NCBI GenBank assembly: GCA_000388065.2
Contig: KB932206.1
Strand: one strand, 5' to 3'
Source: Fonticula alba ATCC 38817
Lineage: Eukaryota > Protista > Nucleariida
DNA: 7,614 nucleotides
Part shown: positions 7,357 to 7,614 of the stretch, one piece after another
How the letters are laid out: each line of letters starts with the position of its first letter
How positions within the stretch are numbered: the stretch's first letter is position 1
Translations under genes and position numbers: made by a program
Notes under the pieces: generated by a model
Told to the model about the DNA's origin: nothing
Database searches by the model: none
Seen by the model: only the letters and a program-made list of their open reading frames with translations

Positions 7357-7614
7357 GGGGGTATCTTTGCCTGGGGCCATGGGGCTGTGAAATCCCGGAG
7401 AAAAATCTGTGTCTATCTGGGATGCTTACTACCTGGGCGGGCTCTGGGGACAGGCGATCTGTCCGGGCCCGGGGCGAGAACGCTGGCAGCTGCTGCGCCC
7501 GACGGCCCGGCCCCAAGCGGGAGTTGCGTCCGGCCGCCCCGTCCTCCTTCGCACGACGCACCCGCGGCCGCAGGACAAGAGCAACTCCGGGTTGGGGCGA
7601 CGGCGGGGGGGGGG

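Noticed and set aside
5600-7390. 596-aa plus-strand ORF
   Set aside because: Antisense to the kinase, kept open by GC bias and an N gap, with no recognisable domain.
7448-7464. Small inverted repeat GGACAG-n5-CTGTCC
   Set aside because: A 6-bp stem is expected by chance in GC-rich DNA.
7166-7561. N-terminal 132-aa extension of the kinase ORF
   Set aside because: It begins at GTG rather than ATG and translates CT repeats as SLSLSL. The ATG at 7165 has a good context and sits right before subdomain I.

Overview
GC-rich, intron-rich eukaryotic genomic DNA with two convergent spliced genes. The organism cannot be fixed from sequence alone; the style would fit a unicellular opisthokont/protist such as a Fonticula-like amoeba, but this is a guess. 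(1) Plus strand 505-3241: nine exons, 507 aa, a CFIm68/CFIm59 (CPSF6/7)-like cleavage factor Im large subunit with an N-terminal DIY motif, a WW-type RRM, a Pro/Gly-rich region and an RD/RE/RS tail. (2) Minus strand 7165-3806: four exons, 954 aa, a TKL kinase of LISK (LIMK/TESK-related) type. The ORF track ends this kinase too early: its apparent stop at 4037-4039 is the branch point of a 108-nt intron, and a hidden last exon (3981-3806) completes the third of three tandem beta-rich repeats in the C-terminal half. This kinase plus triple beta-sandwich architecture is the most interesting item. The shared 3' region carries clustered TGTA motifs, a tandem array of the 5' splice-site hexamer, AATAAA and oppositely oriented GT tracts. 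All gene models were hand-derived from splice signals and phase; none was checked against transcripts or databases.
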